Below are positions 44,780-57,287 of a stretch of DNA of 64,000 nucleotides, piece after piece. This DNA is from the human T2T-CHM13v2.0 reference genome, Homo sapiens, in assembly GCF_009914755.1 (NCBI RefSeq), contig NC_060928.1; one strand, 5' to 3'. The notes beneath the pieces are model-generated. The model was given only the letters and a program-made list of their open reading frames with translations. It was not told where the DNA came from and did no database searches. Position 1 is the first letter of the stretch; each line of letters opens with the position of its first letter. Position numbers and translations under genes: made by a program.

Positions 44780-45740
44780 GTCGGAGAAGCAATTTAGAAG
44801 AGGAGGGGGTGGGTCTTCCACAACAAACCCCGCCCCTCCCTCACTCGTCGCTGATTGGTGGCGGCGTTAGGCCGCGACGGAGGGGCGGGCCCGCGGCTGA
44901 GTCTCTCCCTTTCCGCGCCGCCCCGTGCGCGCTGTGGGTGTGTTTCGGGAAGCGGGCGCGCGCGCGCTCGCGTCGGAGGACCGGAAAGGAGGCGGGGCTG
45001 CGGCGGCGCGCGCTCCCGGAACGCGCGCACCGCAGACGGCGCGGATCGCAGGGAGCCGGTCCGCCGCCGGAACGGGAGCCTGGGTGTGCGTGTGGAGTCC
45101 GGACTCGTGGGAGACGATCGCGATGAACACGGTGCTGTCGCGGGCGAACTCACTGTTCGCCTTCTCGCTGAGCGTGATGGCGGCGCTCACCTTCGGCTGC
45201 TTCATCACCACCGCCTTCAAAGACAGGAGCGTCCCGGTGCGGCTGCACGTCTCGCGGATCATGCTGTGAGTGAGGCCGGGCCGGCGGTGCAGGACGCCGG
45301 GACCGGGCTGGGGCGGAAGCCGAAGCCGGGCCGCCGCGCCGGGGCTGCCGTGCCGGGGCCGCGGGCAGGGCGTCCGGATCGCCCTCCTGAGCGGCAGTTC
45401 GCCCCCGAGGGCGGTCGTCAGGGGTGGACGTCGCAGGCTTTTCCGGCGTCCCCTCGGAACTTGCACCCCTCCACCGTAAATTCCCGGGCTTGCTCTTAAA
45501 TTTTAATTTTGAGCGTTCCTCAGGTCGGTGCCTCCGCTTGCTTCCTGTTCCTCACTTCCCTCCACCCACGCCTGGCCAATGAGGGAGCAACACAACAGCA
45601 GAGCCGGCGCCGCCGCCCGCCTGGGCTGGCGCCTCCCGCGCGTCCGGTGCCGCTCGTGGTCCGCATGCGAGGCCCTCCAGGCGCTGCCGCCGCGCTCTGG
45701 GTCGGGCTTCCGTGGGGTTTCCTGGCGGCTCTGGAGGCCA
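44780..45740. promoter_or_regulatory. CpG island / TATA-less promoter of SPCS3
   Basis: Dense CpG and high GC; GC boxes CCCCGCCCC (44828-44836) and GGGGCGGG (44882-44889); inverted CCAAT (ATTGG 44854-44858); ETS-like CCGGAA at 44981; (GC)n run ~44956-44966; further CCAAT at 45576-45580. Confidence 0.9.
45123..45265 (+). CDS. SPCS3: SPCS3 coding exon 1 ([48 protein letters not shown]), including the transmembrane signal anchor
   Basis: ATG at 45123 in a CpG island; translation recognised as the SPC22/23 N-terminus; donor CT|GTGAGT at 45266; 143 nt. Confidence 0.97.
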
Positions 45741-46513
45741 CAGGACGGGGTTGTCTTTGTGTCATTCATCACCCGAGTTTGCCCTGTTTGACATTCCCTT
45801 TACAGTTGTTGCCTTTGCACCTTCAGAAGGCAGTAAACAGTTGGAGCTGCTTTGAAGTTGGCCAGAGATGTTGGGCACTGAGAGAATTAAGCATCTTAGC
45901 CTTCTGATACAGCGAGATTTTTGTTTTGTTGGGTTTCTTTATTTCTTTTTCTTTTGCCAACCACTTGAAGAAGTCTGCGAAAACGCCAAAAAATGCAGTT
46001 CGAAATGACAGTGCCATTTCGCTATTGCCTATTTTGTCCTTGATTTTATTCTCTGGCACTTTTGTCTTTAATCGTCGTATTTTTCCATCTCTTGTTCTCA
46101 TACCCTTCTACTCTATTTCCGTCTTACACAAGTTCTTTAACCTTAGTTTATTTCTTTGTCAGAATCGCCAAGAAGCCAGTTATCAAATAGCGAGCCTTCT
46201 CCCCCCACCTTTTTTTTTTTTTTTTAAATTACTGTACTGATGTTTGTTAGATATTGTTCGAATAGACCTGGGGTGGACATCAGCACTGCCATTGTCAGCC
46301 CTGTGAGGGTTAGAAGAGCTTGGTGCATATTAAACACTGAACAGATGTTAGCTGTTGTTGTCTTGAGCAAGTTTTCTTACCATTCTGGGCCTTAATTTCT
46401 TTTTGTTTAAGATGGAAGTAATACCTAATTGGTAGGTTGTGAGAATTATTTGAAATGTGAAAAATATTGTCAGTGGGTCTGAGCCGTAGTAAACAGTAAA
46501 TAGCAGCTGGTTA

Positions 46514-46848
46514 CAGTAGTATCCCCTTAATGGGGTAGGTATACGTTCCAAGACCCCCAGTGGATGGCTGAAACCACGGATAGCACCAAACCCTATATAT
46601 ACTTGGTTTTTTCCTATACCGTACATACATACCTACCTATGATAAAACTTACAAGTTAAGCACAATAAGAGATTAACAATAACATAATAGAACTGTAACA
46701 ATATACTATAATAAAAGTTATGTGAATATGATCTCTTTCCCCTTCTCTCAAAATAACTTATTTTACTGGACTCACCTATTTTCACACCAGATTGACCGCG
46801 GATAATTGAAACCGGAAAGTGAAACCTCGGATAAGGGGGTGATTACTG
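46514..46848. mobile_element. MER44/Tigger-derived DNA transposon in SPCS3 intron 1
   Basis: Imperfect TIRs CAGTAGTATCCCCTTA / TAAGGGGGTGATTACTG with TA TSDs; 335 bp. Confidence 0.8.
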
Positions 46849-47215
46849 TATCATCCTTTAATATGCCATCTGTTAGTATTCGTATCACCTTGTAGTCATG
46901 TGTAGCTTTCTTCTACCCATTCTGCAAAATTGCTTTACATCAAGTATTTACTATTCTTTTTAGCAGTTTTTATCCCCTTCTGAGTTTTGTTAGGGATTCT
47001 CTTGAGGTATATGCAATTAGCTGAAGACCTACTTTAATATTGGATTAGAATGTTTCTCCTGTTTTCACACTTACAGGTTTCTCTGGTGTTTACTCGTTTC
47101 TTTGTGGAATTGCAGTTTCACCTGTGCACACACCTGTATTCTTTCTCTTTAAGAAGTTACGTGAATTGTGTATGTTCTGTTGGAAGGATGGTAAAACTTT
47201 TATCTTTATTCCTAG

Positions 47216-47289
47216 AAAAAATGTAGAAGATTTCACTGGACCTAGAGAAAGAAGTGATCTGGGATTTATCACATTTGATATAACTGCTG
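47216..47289 (+). CDS. SPCS3: SPCS3 coding exon 2 ([24 protein letters not shown])
   Basis: Acceptor tttattcctag| at 47215; keeps frame from exon 1 (CT+A=Leu); ends at U12 donor G|ATATCCTTT; 74 nt. Confidence 0.96.
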
Positions 47290-49224
47290 ATATCCTTTAA
47301 GAAAATATTTCGTTGCGTTTTCTGTAGTTTTATAATGAGATATGTGTTGTTTAATGATTTGGGATACAGTGTGACTATCTCATTGAATCAGCCAAACCTT
47401 GGAAATTCCGCCTTTTTCATCAGTAAAATAATGTTAATACCTCCCCATGACACTTGGAGAAAACTTCATAGATTCATGAGTAGTTGTGTGAACATACTTT
47501 AAATTCTTAACCGAAACATTAAATTGATTGAAAACTACATAAGAAAGTTTGAATCTGTATTTTAGAAAGAAAAAATAAAATTAGATCATTTGGATAAGAA
47601 GGAAAAATATTACCAATGCTCAGCCTGCCTGTGAATATTTCATGTACAATTTCAAATAATATATCCATATTTTATTATAGCAGAGAGAAACATGTTTAAA
47701 AAGTGAATTACGTGTGTTATGATTTGAAAAGGTCATATCAAAATTATTGGTAACCTGTGGTTGCTTTTTGCCGTCATAACTCTTTTTATAAGGACTTTTA
47801 TAAAAGTCAGAAAATATTAACAATTATAAGAGTTTCTTTGGTGGTGATATTTAAATATTTTCTCTTGAGATTGAGTTTCTATCTTTTGACAACTCTGATC
47901 ATTTTGGCCAGGCTAGTCTTTTTTAGGGTCTTTCTTAGGTTAATATCTTGGCAATGTTCTCTGCCATTTCTAGCCTGATTTCATCTGCCTTTTTAATACC
48001 CCGTGATTTAAATGGTTGTGGAGATTGAACGATCTGAACTTGTGTGAAAGTACCTGTCTGAACAGTTAAAGCTGATCATATACTTGGGGAATTTATCTAA
48101 TTTGCCTTTCTATGACCATGAAATTTACTTTTAGCTTAAGTTTTGGTAATTATTGGATTTAGAAATAGGCTAAGAATTAGTTCTGTAGGTACCTTTTTAG
48201 GAAATAGAGTGTACCATCAGAAGAGTCTTATGCTGAATTTCATGTGTATTTTTAAGTCTTTGTGTAATTTTTAAAAATCTACTTAAGGGAATTTAGGTCT
48301 ACTGTGAGAGTAGTAATTTTGTGTATCCAGAGAATTATAGTGAAATTTCCTGGTATCTATGGTATTTATATATTATCAATCTCATTATTTGTAGTTTCTT
48401 CAGATTTTCTTAATGCTGCTGCTACTACTACTTGAAATTGTTGCTGTTCTTGTAAACAGCAGTCCTAGACTTAGTTCTAAAGGAGTGATTCTTAGTGGTT
48501 ACACATAATTAATAATGGAATGTAACAAATGTGTTACTACCAGTGTGGAAACTCATATAGTAAAATGAGTTAACTTAACAATTAACATAATACTTAAAAA
48601 TCCAAATATTAACTCCGCTTATTTCTTGGTATTGGCACCAGTCTTGTTAATTCTGGTGAAGTTCTTGTCCTCTTTGGGAGACTGAATTGAGCCACATTGG
48701 TGTCATTTGCATCTTTGAGAGACATTTTAATGTCTACTTGCATGTGACCAAAAGTGACATGTACAATTTATTATACTCGGTTAATTATTGAGCCTTGTTT
48801 ATGTTTGCATATTGTTAAATTTAAATGGTGGTGATTGTTTATACTTTAGAGCTCCAGTGGAACTGTATTTGCTTGAAATATCGAGTCCTCTTTTTTTGTT
48901 TTTTAACTTAGTTGATGTTACAGAAAACCAAATTTTGGATTTGTTCTTTTCTTACTAGTCAAAGTATCTCAGCTAGTAATCCTTGGAGGAGTATGGGAGG
49001 ATGCCAGTAATCTCATACTGACATTTTTTTGTTTTGGAATAAGCTGGATTTCACAATGTATTTATCTTCTGCATATTTTTATTAAATTAGTGGCACATTA
49101 TGTTTCTGGGCCGCCTCTTTTCTACTTTAGTATTACTGTTATGGATAAATAACCTAAGAATAATTAAGATCTATTTAAAAGTGATATACTGCTCATAAAT
49201 TTATATTTTCCTTAATTTACTTAC
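47290..49224 (+). other. SPCS3: U12-type (minor spliceosome) AT-AC intron, SPCS3 intron 2
   Basis: 5' site ATATCCTTT (47290-47298); branch point TTCCTTAAT (49208-49216) just before terminal AC (49223-49224); this junction restores the reading frame (G+AT=Asp). Confidence 0.95.
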
Positions 49225-49301
49225 ATCTAGAGAATATATTTGATTGGAATGTTAAGCAGTTGTTTCTTTATTTATCAGCAGAATATTCAACAAAAAATAA
49301 T
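49225..49301 (+). CDS. SPCS3: SPCS3 coding exon 3 ([26 protein letters not shown])
   Basis: Follows the AC acceptor; conserved SPC3-family F.WN.KQLFLY motif; donor AAT|GTAAGT at 49302; 77 nt. Confidence 0.96.
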
Positions 49302-50078
49302 GTAAGTATATCTAATTAGAAGTATTTTAATAGCTATTTAAAGTCTTACTCTTTACGAAAGAATACACATTTTTATATATGTAAAATATCTGACCTGAGT
49401 TACCTAGCAAAACATCACAAGCCTGTGGAGGTAGCTGTGTTATGAAAACATTTGATCTTTTGGGAGCCTTTTTGTTGTTGTTGTTTGTTTGTTTGTTTTC
49501 TGTTTGTTCTATTTAGCTCTCTAGCATTGGGGTCTCCAGAATGGAGACTTGCTATATGAACTGACGTTAATGTTCATATTCAGCCCTTAAGTCAGATAGA
49601 TGGGCACATGCCTTCTACAATATGCAGATATTCTGGAGGAAAGGAGGAATTCTGTAGGTCAAGAAGTTCACCATGCTACCTAGTATTTATTCATTTGCTT
49701 TCAGCATGTTGTAAAATATTGCAGTATATGCAGTACATAAGTGGATTATATTATAAAATTTTAGCCAATCCTTTCAAAATGGAAAAGTGGCTTAAAAAGA
49801 TTTCTGCAAAGAAATCACAGATTGAAGATAATGCTAATAATCCATACATATGTAAACAGTAGGAAAATGGTGGAGCTCATACTTGTATTCCTCTTCTGAG
49901 CTGCTGTGTCACACTGAAGGATTAAAAAAACACAAAGACAACCTAGATAGATCTGATAACTTGGCTGAGACACTGTCAATGATATTAATTAACAATAGTA
50001 AGATCAGAAAGATATTGCTGAACTATCAACTAGGAAATGGAGTGGGTAGCCGGTAGTATTGCCACCACTCAGCTGTTT

Positions 50079-50080
<2 letters not shown>

Positions 50081-50109
<29 letters not shown>

Positions 50110-50394
50110 AAGACAGAGTCTCGTGCTTGTAGCCCGGGCTGGAGTACAGTAGCGCCGTCAATCTCAGCTCACTGCAACCTTTGCCTCCTAGATTCAAGCA
50201 GTTCTCCTGCCTCAGCCTCCTGAGTAGCTGGGATTACAGGCGCCTGCCACCATTCCCAGCTAATTTTTGTATTTTTAGTAGAGACGGTTTCACCATGTTG
50301 GCTAGGCTGGTCTCGAACTCCTAACCTCAGGTCATCCGCATGCCTCGTCCTCCCAAAGTGCTAGGATTACAGGCATAAGCCACCGCGCCCGGCC
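50081..50394 (-). mobile_element. Alu in SPCS3 intron 3
   Basis: Poly-T plus reverse-complement dimer. Confidence 0.95.
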
Positions 50395-50764
50395 GTTGTT
50401 TACTCTTTAAGCTAAAATATTCTCTCTCCACAGCTGCAATTAGAGAGCTGCATGGTGACCTACTTGAATCAACAAAATTTGAGACCTGTGATTATAATTC
50501 TCATTATGACGATATATAATCAAAAGCTGTAAAGATTGTTAATAATTTTCAAACCTTCTGAGATTATTTTAAAATCCATCTTAGTACCAGATACCTTTCT
50601 TTAAAAAAAAAAAAAAAAAGAACATGGTGCAAGGTGTTTTTGGTAGTCTACATTAAGCCATATAGCTACAATTAATTAATATCCTTACCTATTGAGAACA
50701 ATTTGCCTTTGTTTTAGGGTTGCATGGGATTCATTAATCTGAGTATCTGAGTACTTGAACTGGT

Positions 50765-50959
<195 letters not shown>

Positions 50960-51058
50960 TAAACTAATAGTTTTAATAGGTTTTGATATAATGGTTTAAT
51001 AGCTTTTAATTATAAAACTTATTATGAATTATAATTTGTGATTTAAAAAACTAGTTCA

Positions 51059-51384
<326 letters not shown>

Positions 51385-52202
51385 TTAATGTAGTCATCAT
51401 ATACTGAGTAATTGGCCTTAAAAGCGAATAGATGCTAACTTAATAAGAGCAAATTCCTTGGGATTTAGTAGTGGCCACAAATTTTTTTTATTTCCATTTC
51501 ATACTTTTAATTTTCTAAATGGAACTTATTTGTAATATGTTGAAAGAGTAGCTTAAAAGAATTGTCTGACCTCTAGAATTTTGCCTTGATGAGACAACAA
51601 TGCATGTATTTTCTTAATTAAAGGGAAAAAAGATCTTTAAAAGGCTTCATTTCTTTAGTGATTTCTTAAAGCTTTTGTAAAGAAATCTTGGAGAAGATTT
51701 CTTATAAATTTTCATGACATAATTAATCAGCAGTAACCTGTATTAGCAGTGTGATGGAACAGGGATTGGCTCTTGTCTGTTTTCCTGGCACCATTTAGGA
51801 TCCATGCTGAGCTGGAGGGTCTTAGAAATTTTATAGGGAAAAGTGATTTAAAAGAATACTTCCCTTCTAGGGATTTAATTCATCTGTTCCTCCAAAGGCC
51901 TCACTTTTTGGAGATCTTATAGATCAAAAACCTTGCATTAAGTTATGAAGGCACTAAGTAATACAGTTGAGTTAGCAGAAGGAATGAACTCCTTCAGGGA
52001 ATTGTCATTCTTCTCTCTGAGAAAAGTTTGCCCCTTTTTTGTATCTCTCTCTTTGCTATCATTTGTATGCATTAAGATTTCAGCAAGCTCCTCAAGTTGA
52101 ATTCATTAACATGTCAAACTATTTGCTTACTAATACTTTTAATTTGAAGTGATAAGATGGTATTTCTGATGAGTTATCTAATTAATTTTCATTTTAATAT
52201 AG

Positions 52203-52318
52203 GCTCTGAACCAAGTTGTCCTATGGGACAAGATTGTTTTGAGAGGTGATAATCCGAAGCTGCTGCTGAAAGATATGAAAACAAAATATTTTTTCTTTGA
52301 CGATGGAAATGGTCTCAA
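52203..52318 (+). CDS. SPCS3: SPCS3 coding exon 4 ([39 protein letters not shown])
   Basis: Acceptor ttttaatatag| at 52202; NQVVLWDKI motif; donor AA|GTGAGC at 52319; 116 nt. Confidence 0.96.
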
Positions 52319-53238
52319 GTGAGCAATTCTTGGTCATTTTTTTACATTTAATAAGAGGTGAAAAAGAGAGAAAGATGTATTTTTATTTTAAAGAAAAATA
52401 CTTGAGAGTAAAAGGAGAAAAATTGGGAAAGAAGTATTTATGCATATCTGAACTGAAAGATTGGGTGGAAATGCAAAGTGAGATCTAAGATAAGCAATTC
52501 TCTTGCAGTTTGTGAAATGTCATAGTCAAACTAATAAAGCTTCTATCCTAAGCGTGTACAAGGAATACGGGCTTGTTCAGATGCGGTAGGGCTGTGGTGG
52601 TCAAATCAAAGGGCTCCTTTCTGAGCGTGAGTCGGGAAACCTTAGAAGCAGCATGTTGGGTCTAGGAGTTGATAATAGTTAAAAGAAGTAGTATTGGTTC
52701 TCCAAACGTGACTTCTCTAAAGCTCATTTTAGTCAGTGTGATTGATCTCTCAGGTTATTTTTACCTCTTAGACTCTAGTGGTAAACATTGGAAATAATTT
52801 TAGAAGAAAGCTATTTCGACCAAGCCAAACGTCTGTATTTGCAATGAAAATTTCAGAACATGAGAATTTTGTTAAGGTTTGTCCATCTAGATAATTGACA
52901 GAGTTAGGCTTCAAATCATTGCTCTGATTCTTAGCTCGTCTCTTTTTACATTTACTGTTTTAATCATTTAAACTTTTCGGTTGATGGTTCTAACTGCAGC
53001 TGTGAGTTTAGATGGGTCATCCTGGGATATCAGTAAATGTAGTGCCCCTGTCTTCTAGCATTGTCCTTGGATTTTAAGTGACATGAGAAAATAGTTCTTT
53101 TTGCAGATTAACATATTAGGATTTCTGTTAGGAATAGATGGTTATAAATAAAGTATTTGACATCTCAGTGTTTGTCTTAAAATTTTTTTTGAACTACTAG
53201 TGTCTCTGATGACTTGTGTTTATTATATCTTTTTATAG

Positions 53239-53371
53239 GGGAAACAGGAATGTCACTTTGACCCTGTCTTGGAACGTCGTACCAAATGCTGGAATTCTAC
53301 CTCTTGTGACAGGATCAGGACACGTATCTGTCCCATTTCCAGATACATATGAAATAACGAAGAGTTATTAA
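53239..53371 (+). CDS. SPCS3: SPCS3 coding exon 5 ([43 protein letters not shown])
   Basis: Acceptor ctttttatag| at 53238; TAA at 53369-53371; exons total 143+74+77+116+133=543 nt = 180 aa; contains N-glycosylation sequon NVT. Confidence 0.96.
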
Positions 53372-54239
53372 ATTATTCTGAATTTGAAACAACATATTTT
53401 TATACTTAATGAATTGTATCTCATTAATCTCTTCCCTTACATCTTCATGTATTGTTGGTTTGTTTTTTGGTTTTGGGTTTTTTTTTTTTTTTTTTTTGGT
53501 ATAAGAACTAACATCAAAAGGCCTGTTTAAAGGGAAAGGTTAATGGGCTACTTAATATTATGAACAAAACAAAAAAACAAGGCTGCCACAGTGGAATATT
53601 ATCTTACAAGAATAAGAACTACATAAAACAGATTTGTAAAAAATACATATTTGAAGTATTCCCTGTATTTCCATTATTCTTTATGGAATATAAAGTAAGC
53701 ATGAAAGGTAGTTAAAACTTTCAGGTGCCTGTAGAGTCATAATAACTGTATTTTATGCCTTGCATTCACGCAAATTCACATTGGATGTGATTTAAAAGTA
53801 GACATTCTCTTTTTCCTCTTTTAGGATATGTTTGATTACTGGAAAATTAATATGGTTATTTGTTAGAAGTCTGGTTTATAAAAAAGCCAAAAGTGATGGA
53901 ATTTATTCCATTTGTCTTAGGAAGGCCCATAATACTTGTTTTTCTTACATGTGACTAGCAACTTTCTCCACTTAAAGACTAAATACCTCTTTATATGATG
54001 TAAATTATTCTAATTCATTTTAAAATCTTTTAGGTCAGCAAAATGTGTGTCTTCAGTGCTTTCTCTAAAAACGTTCCTTTATAGCTTTGTACTTTTTTTT
54101 TTAGCGTTGCCATTGAAAGTTAAAATGTTTGCATGGTTTACCCTCTGAGTTATGTTTCTTCTAGTGAGCATGCCTGCTGTCACTAAGTGAATTATTTACT
54201 ACTTTTTGTAGGTCTATATTTTAATAATTATTGGGATAA

Positions 54240-54445
54240 TAATAATTGTGGTATGCTTTCCATTTACAAACCACTCATATACTTTAGTGTATGTCATCCT
54301 CAATAATCTAATGAGGTAAGTAGTATAAGTGTTAGCTCTTTGCAGATAAGAAACTGAAACCCAGAAGTTTATTGAATTGCTTCATTGTTACCTAGCCAGC
54401 AAGGAGTGGAATTAAAACTTGAACTCAGATCTTCTAATTTTCTGA
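54240..54445. mobile_element. MIR in the SPCS3 3' UTR
   Basis: MIR core TTTGCAGATAAGAAACTGAAACCCAGA. Confidence 0.65.
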
Positions 54446-56120
54446 GCTCATCCTTTCTCTTATACCTCAGATTGCAGACTAATCAAATTTTACTTAAAAC
54501 CTTCCTGATATTTTTGTTACCCTGGACACCCTTTCTATTCTAGAAAAGGTTTCCCATTTTATATGGAAGTGACTAATTTTCAAGCTGCCAACAACTTATA
54601 TCGAGGTAATATTTTATTCTCTGAATAAATTCATTTCACTTATATTAAAAGCATAAGGAAATCTACATGTATGTAAAAATAACTTAGAAATTCAGTACAT
54701 AATACATGATTGAATACATGATCGTATTTAACATGTTTTTTTTTTCTGCAGTGGACAAATAAACATCCTCAAAGTAGCAACTGCAAATCAGTTACCCTTA
54801 GAAAAGCAAGACCAAACACTGTAGTTACACTATTAGCAGTGACCAAAAAGGGCTAATATTTTCTAAGAATAGTTTAAATTACAGACATTTGTTATATTTA
54901 CCTTATGTGAAATACATCACTATTTAATTACATTAATTTTAACATCTGTTGTGTGGAGTTGTATAGTTCATGCAAAAGCCTGTGGGTATGGGTTTTTCAA
55001 ACCAGCAGAAAGGTCAAAGGTACCTGAATGCTAAACTGCCTGGCTCCCAGCTTTTTCATTAAACTTTTCAGGGTCTTGGTTTCTTTATCTGTAAAATGAC
55101 AGAGTTGGACCAGTTAACTTTAATGGCCATCCTTTTACACCACACAAGTTGATAAAATTTATCTGTTCAGCAAAGAGATTGAACAAAAAAGCACGTTAGT
55201 AATATGAAGACAGGAAAACGAATGAAAGTCTAACACATAACTCATATTGATTTACTTTATTTCTGTTAGATTTTACACTCTGAAAATTTCACCTCATTTA
55301 GTTTGTACAAATACTAGACATGGAAACTTAAAATGTGCAGGTGTCAAAGCTTAAAAATCAGGTGTGTCCTCTTTAAAGGCATGTGCGATAAGCCTGCAGT
55401 CTTAACCAGACCTGGTACCAGTTTAACAGTTCATTATACTTCTGTGATGAGTGGATCTGTTAGTCTGGTAGAGATTAATGTTGAAATTTACTTGAATTAC
55501 AGTTATTTGACAAGCCCACTTTTTTTGGAGTTTGGTGAGGAAGATAAGTAAAAATGCCCAACTAGTACAATGTGGAGAAAGTTTTCTGTTTGCTTGACTA
55601 AGGGAAATTGCTCAGAAAAAGAATGCTCCAACATGGGAATAAGGACCTTCAGTCTCAGGAACTCATTTTTGGGTGCAGTTTCTACATTTAAAAAATTGAC
55701 TTGTGTTCAGTTTGATAACCAGTTCATTTGCTTTAGTCTCAGTGTTTTAAAGAAGTCTCATAATGTTCTACAAAGACACAAAGCTTCAGGCTTATACAAA
55801 ACTGAGTATGATTAGAAATACCTGAGCCCAGAAATGATTCTGAGAAAAGAGAATAATTTGAAGACACTTATTTAAAAGTAATTATGGTTAGAAATGAATT
55901 AATTTAAAAATGTGTTCACATATCCCTTTCTCTAACAGTTTAACCTAGACAAACATCTGTATCAGTATTTTTTTATTCCCCTGATTGATTACATTTGGTT
56001 TCTTTATTCTGAAAGGAAAATAACAAAAACTTCAGAAATTCCTAAGGGTGTAATAAGAAAGTGGGTTTTGAGTTTCCTTTCCTGGAATTATTTTACAGTT
56101 CTTTGGTGGGTCTCGTCAGC

Positions 56121-56249
56121 CAATTCATAGCTGGGCTTTAAGATTATCATCTTAGAGATGATAGATGGGCTTTTTAAAGATTTCATCTTAGAGATGAAAA
56201 GCTGGGCTTTTTCTCTAAGATGATAATCTTAAAGCCCAGCTATTAATTG
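56121..56249. repeat. Inverted repeat (hairpin) in the SPCS3 3' UTR
   Basis: 56127-56158 ATAGCTGGGCTTTAAGATTATCATCTTAGAGA is the exact reverse complement of 56212-56243; extends to 38 bp with one mismatch. Confidence 0.95.
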
Positions 56250-56611
56250 ATAATGAACATTTTTCACTATTTTTTTTTCTATCTGAAGCTTAGAGATCTA
56301 GAGCTTTGGATCTTTCGGGTATATATCAATGGAGGTATTATTTTATAATACTTTGCATTGACATGAAGTGGGTTCATGGGGGAAAACCATGAGCTGTGAA
56401 CATTGGTAGCAAACAAGCATATATTCATTTCAAAACTTTCCTTGCTTTTAGCAGAGAGAAGCCTGTATATGTTACATGTGTGACTTTCAGTAGTTTAAAG
56501 AGATGTTTCAAAAAATTGTTGCATGTTTTTGATGCAATTTGGGAAATTGTTTACTTCACAATGTAGTCATTCATAAAAAAATTCATGAAAATACTGAACA
56601 TATGTTTGAGG

Positions 56612-56930
56612 ATTTTTCTTTTCCTTTTTAAATTTTTTTATTTTTTCTGAGACGGAGATCTGCTCTTACGCCCAGGCTAGAGTGAAGTGGCGCGATCTTG
56701 GCTTACTGCAACCTCCACCCCCCAGGTTCAAGCGATTCTCCTGCCTCAGCCTCCGGAGTAGCTGGGATTACAGGCGCCCGCCACCACGTCCGGCTAATTT
56801 TTGTATTTTCAGTAGAGACGGGGTTTTGCTATGTTGGCCAGGCTGGTCTCAAACTCCTGACCTCAAGTGATCCACCTGCCTCGGCCTCCCAAAGTGTTAG
56901 GATAACAGGTGTGAGCCACCGTGCCCGGCT
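56612..56930 (-). mobile_element. Antisense Alu in the SPCS3 3' UTR
   Basis: T-rich tail plus reverse-complement dimer. Confidence 0.95.
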
Positions 56931-57169
56931 GAAGATTTTTCTTAATTGCAATAAATATTCAGCATTTTTTCTAATGAAAATGAATTTTGTTTACCAGTAA
57001 AAGTATGCATTTTAAAAGACTTTCAGATTTATGCTTTTTACGTGAAGCTGCTAAACTAAAAGTAAATGGAAGAAACCAAGTCTAGTAGGTTTTTTCTTTT
57101 TTTTGTGGGGGTGGGATGGGGGAGGTTAGTTACACTTAAAATATCTTCTCCAGAGACTGTATGCTCCTA

Positions 57170-57287
57170 TACTAGACTGTAAGCTCTTTGAGGGCAGTCT
57201 GTCAGATTTATCTTTGTATCTTCCCCAGCGCCTAGTGTAGTGCCTTGCACATAATAGGCGCCCAATAAATATTGATGAAGAATGAAG
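57170..57287 (+). mobile_element. L2 3' end
   Basis: CTAGACTGTAAGCTC...GCCTAG...TGCC...GCACATA...CAATAAATATTG..GAATGAA matches the L2 tail pattern. Confidence 0.75.
57264..57269 (+). terminator. Probable distal polyadenylation signal AATAAA of SPCS3
   Basis: AATAAA followed ~20 nt later by gcgttgtgtttct (GU-rich downstream element); lies inside an L2 3' tail. Confidence 0.55.

Noticed and set aside
44925-45122. In-frame GTG-initiated N-terminal extension of SPCS3
   Set aside because: Starts among promoter motifs, probably upstream of the transcription start; the 180-aa protein is complete from ATG 45123.
44850-45580. ER-stress element (ERSE/ERSE-II) in the promoter of an ER gene
   Set aside because: CCAAT boxes and a CCACG (45566-45570) are present, but spacing and order do not fit CCAAT-N9-CCACG or ATTGG-N-CCACG.
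44794-45907. Several long overlapping ORFs (up to 214 aa) on both strands
   Set aside because: Expected from stop-codon depletion in a GC-rich CpG island; low-complexity R/G/A/P translations; only 45123-45265 splices into a recognisable protein.
52297-52488. 63-aa ORF overlapping the end of SPCS3 exon 4
   Set aside because: Out of frame with SPCS3 and runs through the donor into AT-rich intron; chance ORF.
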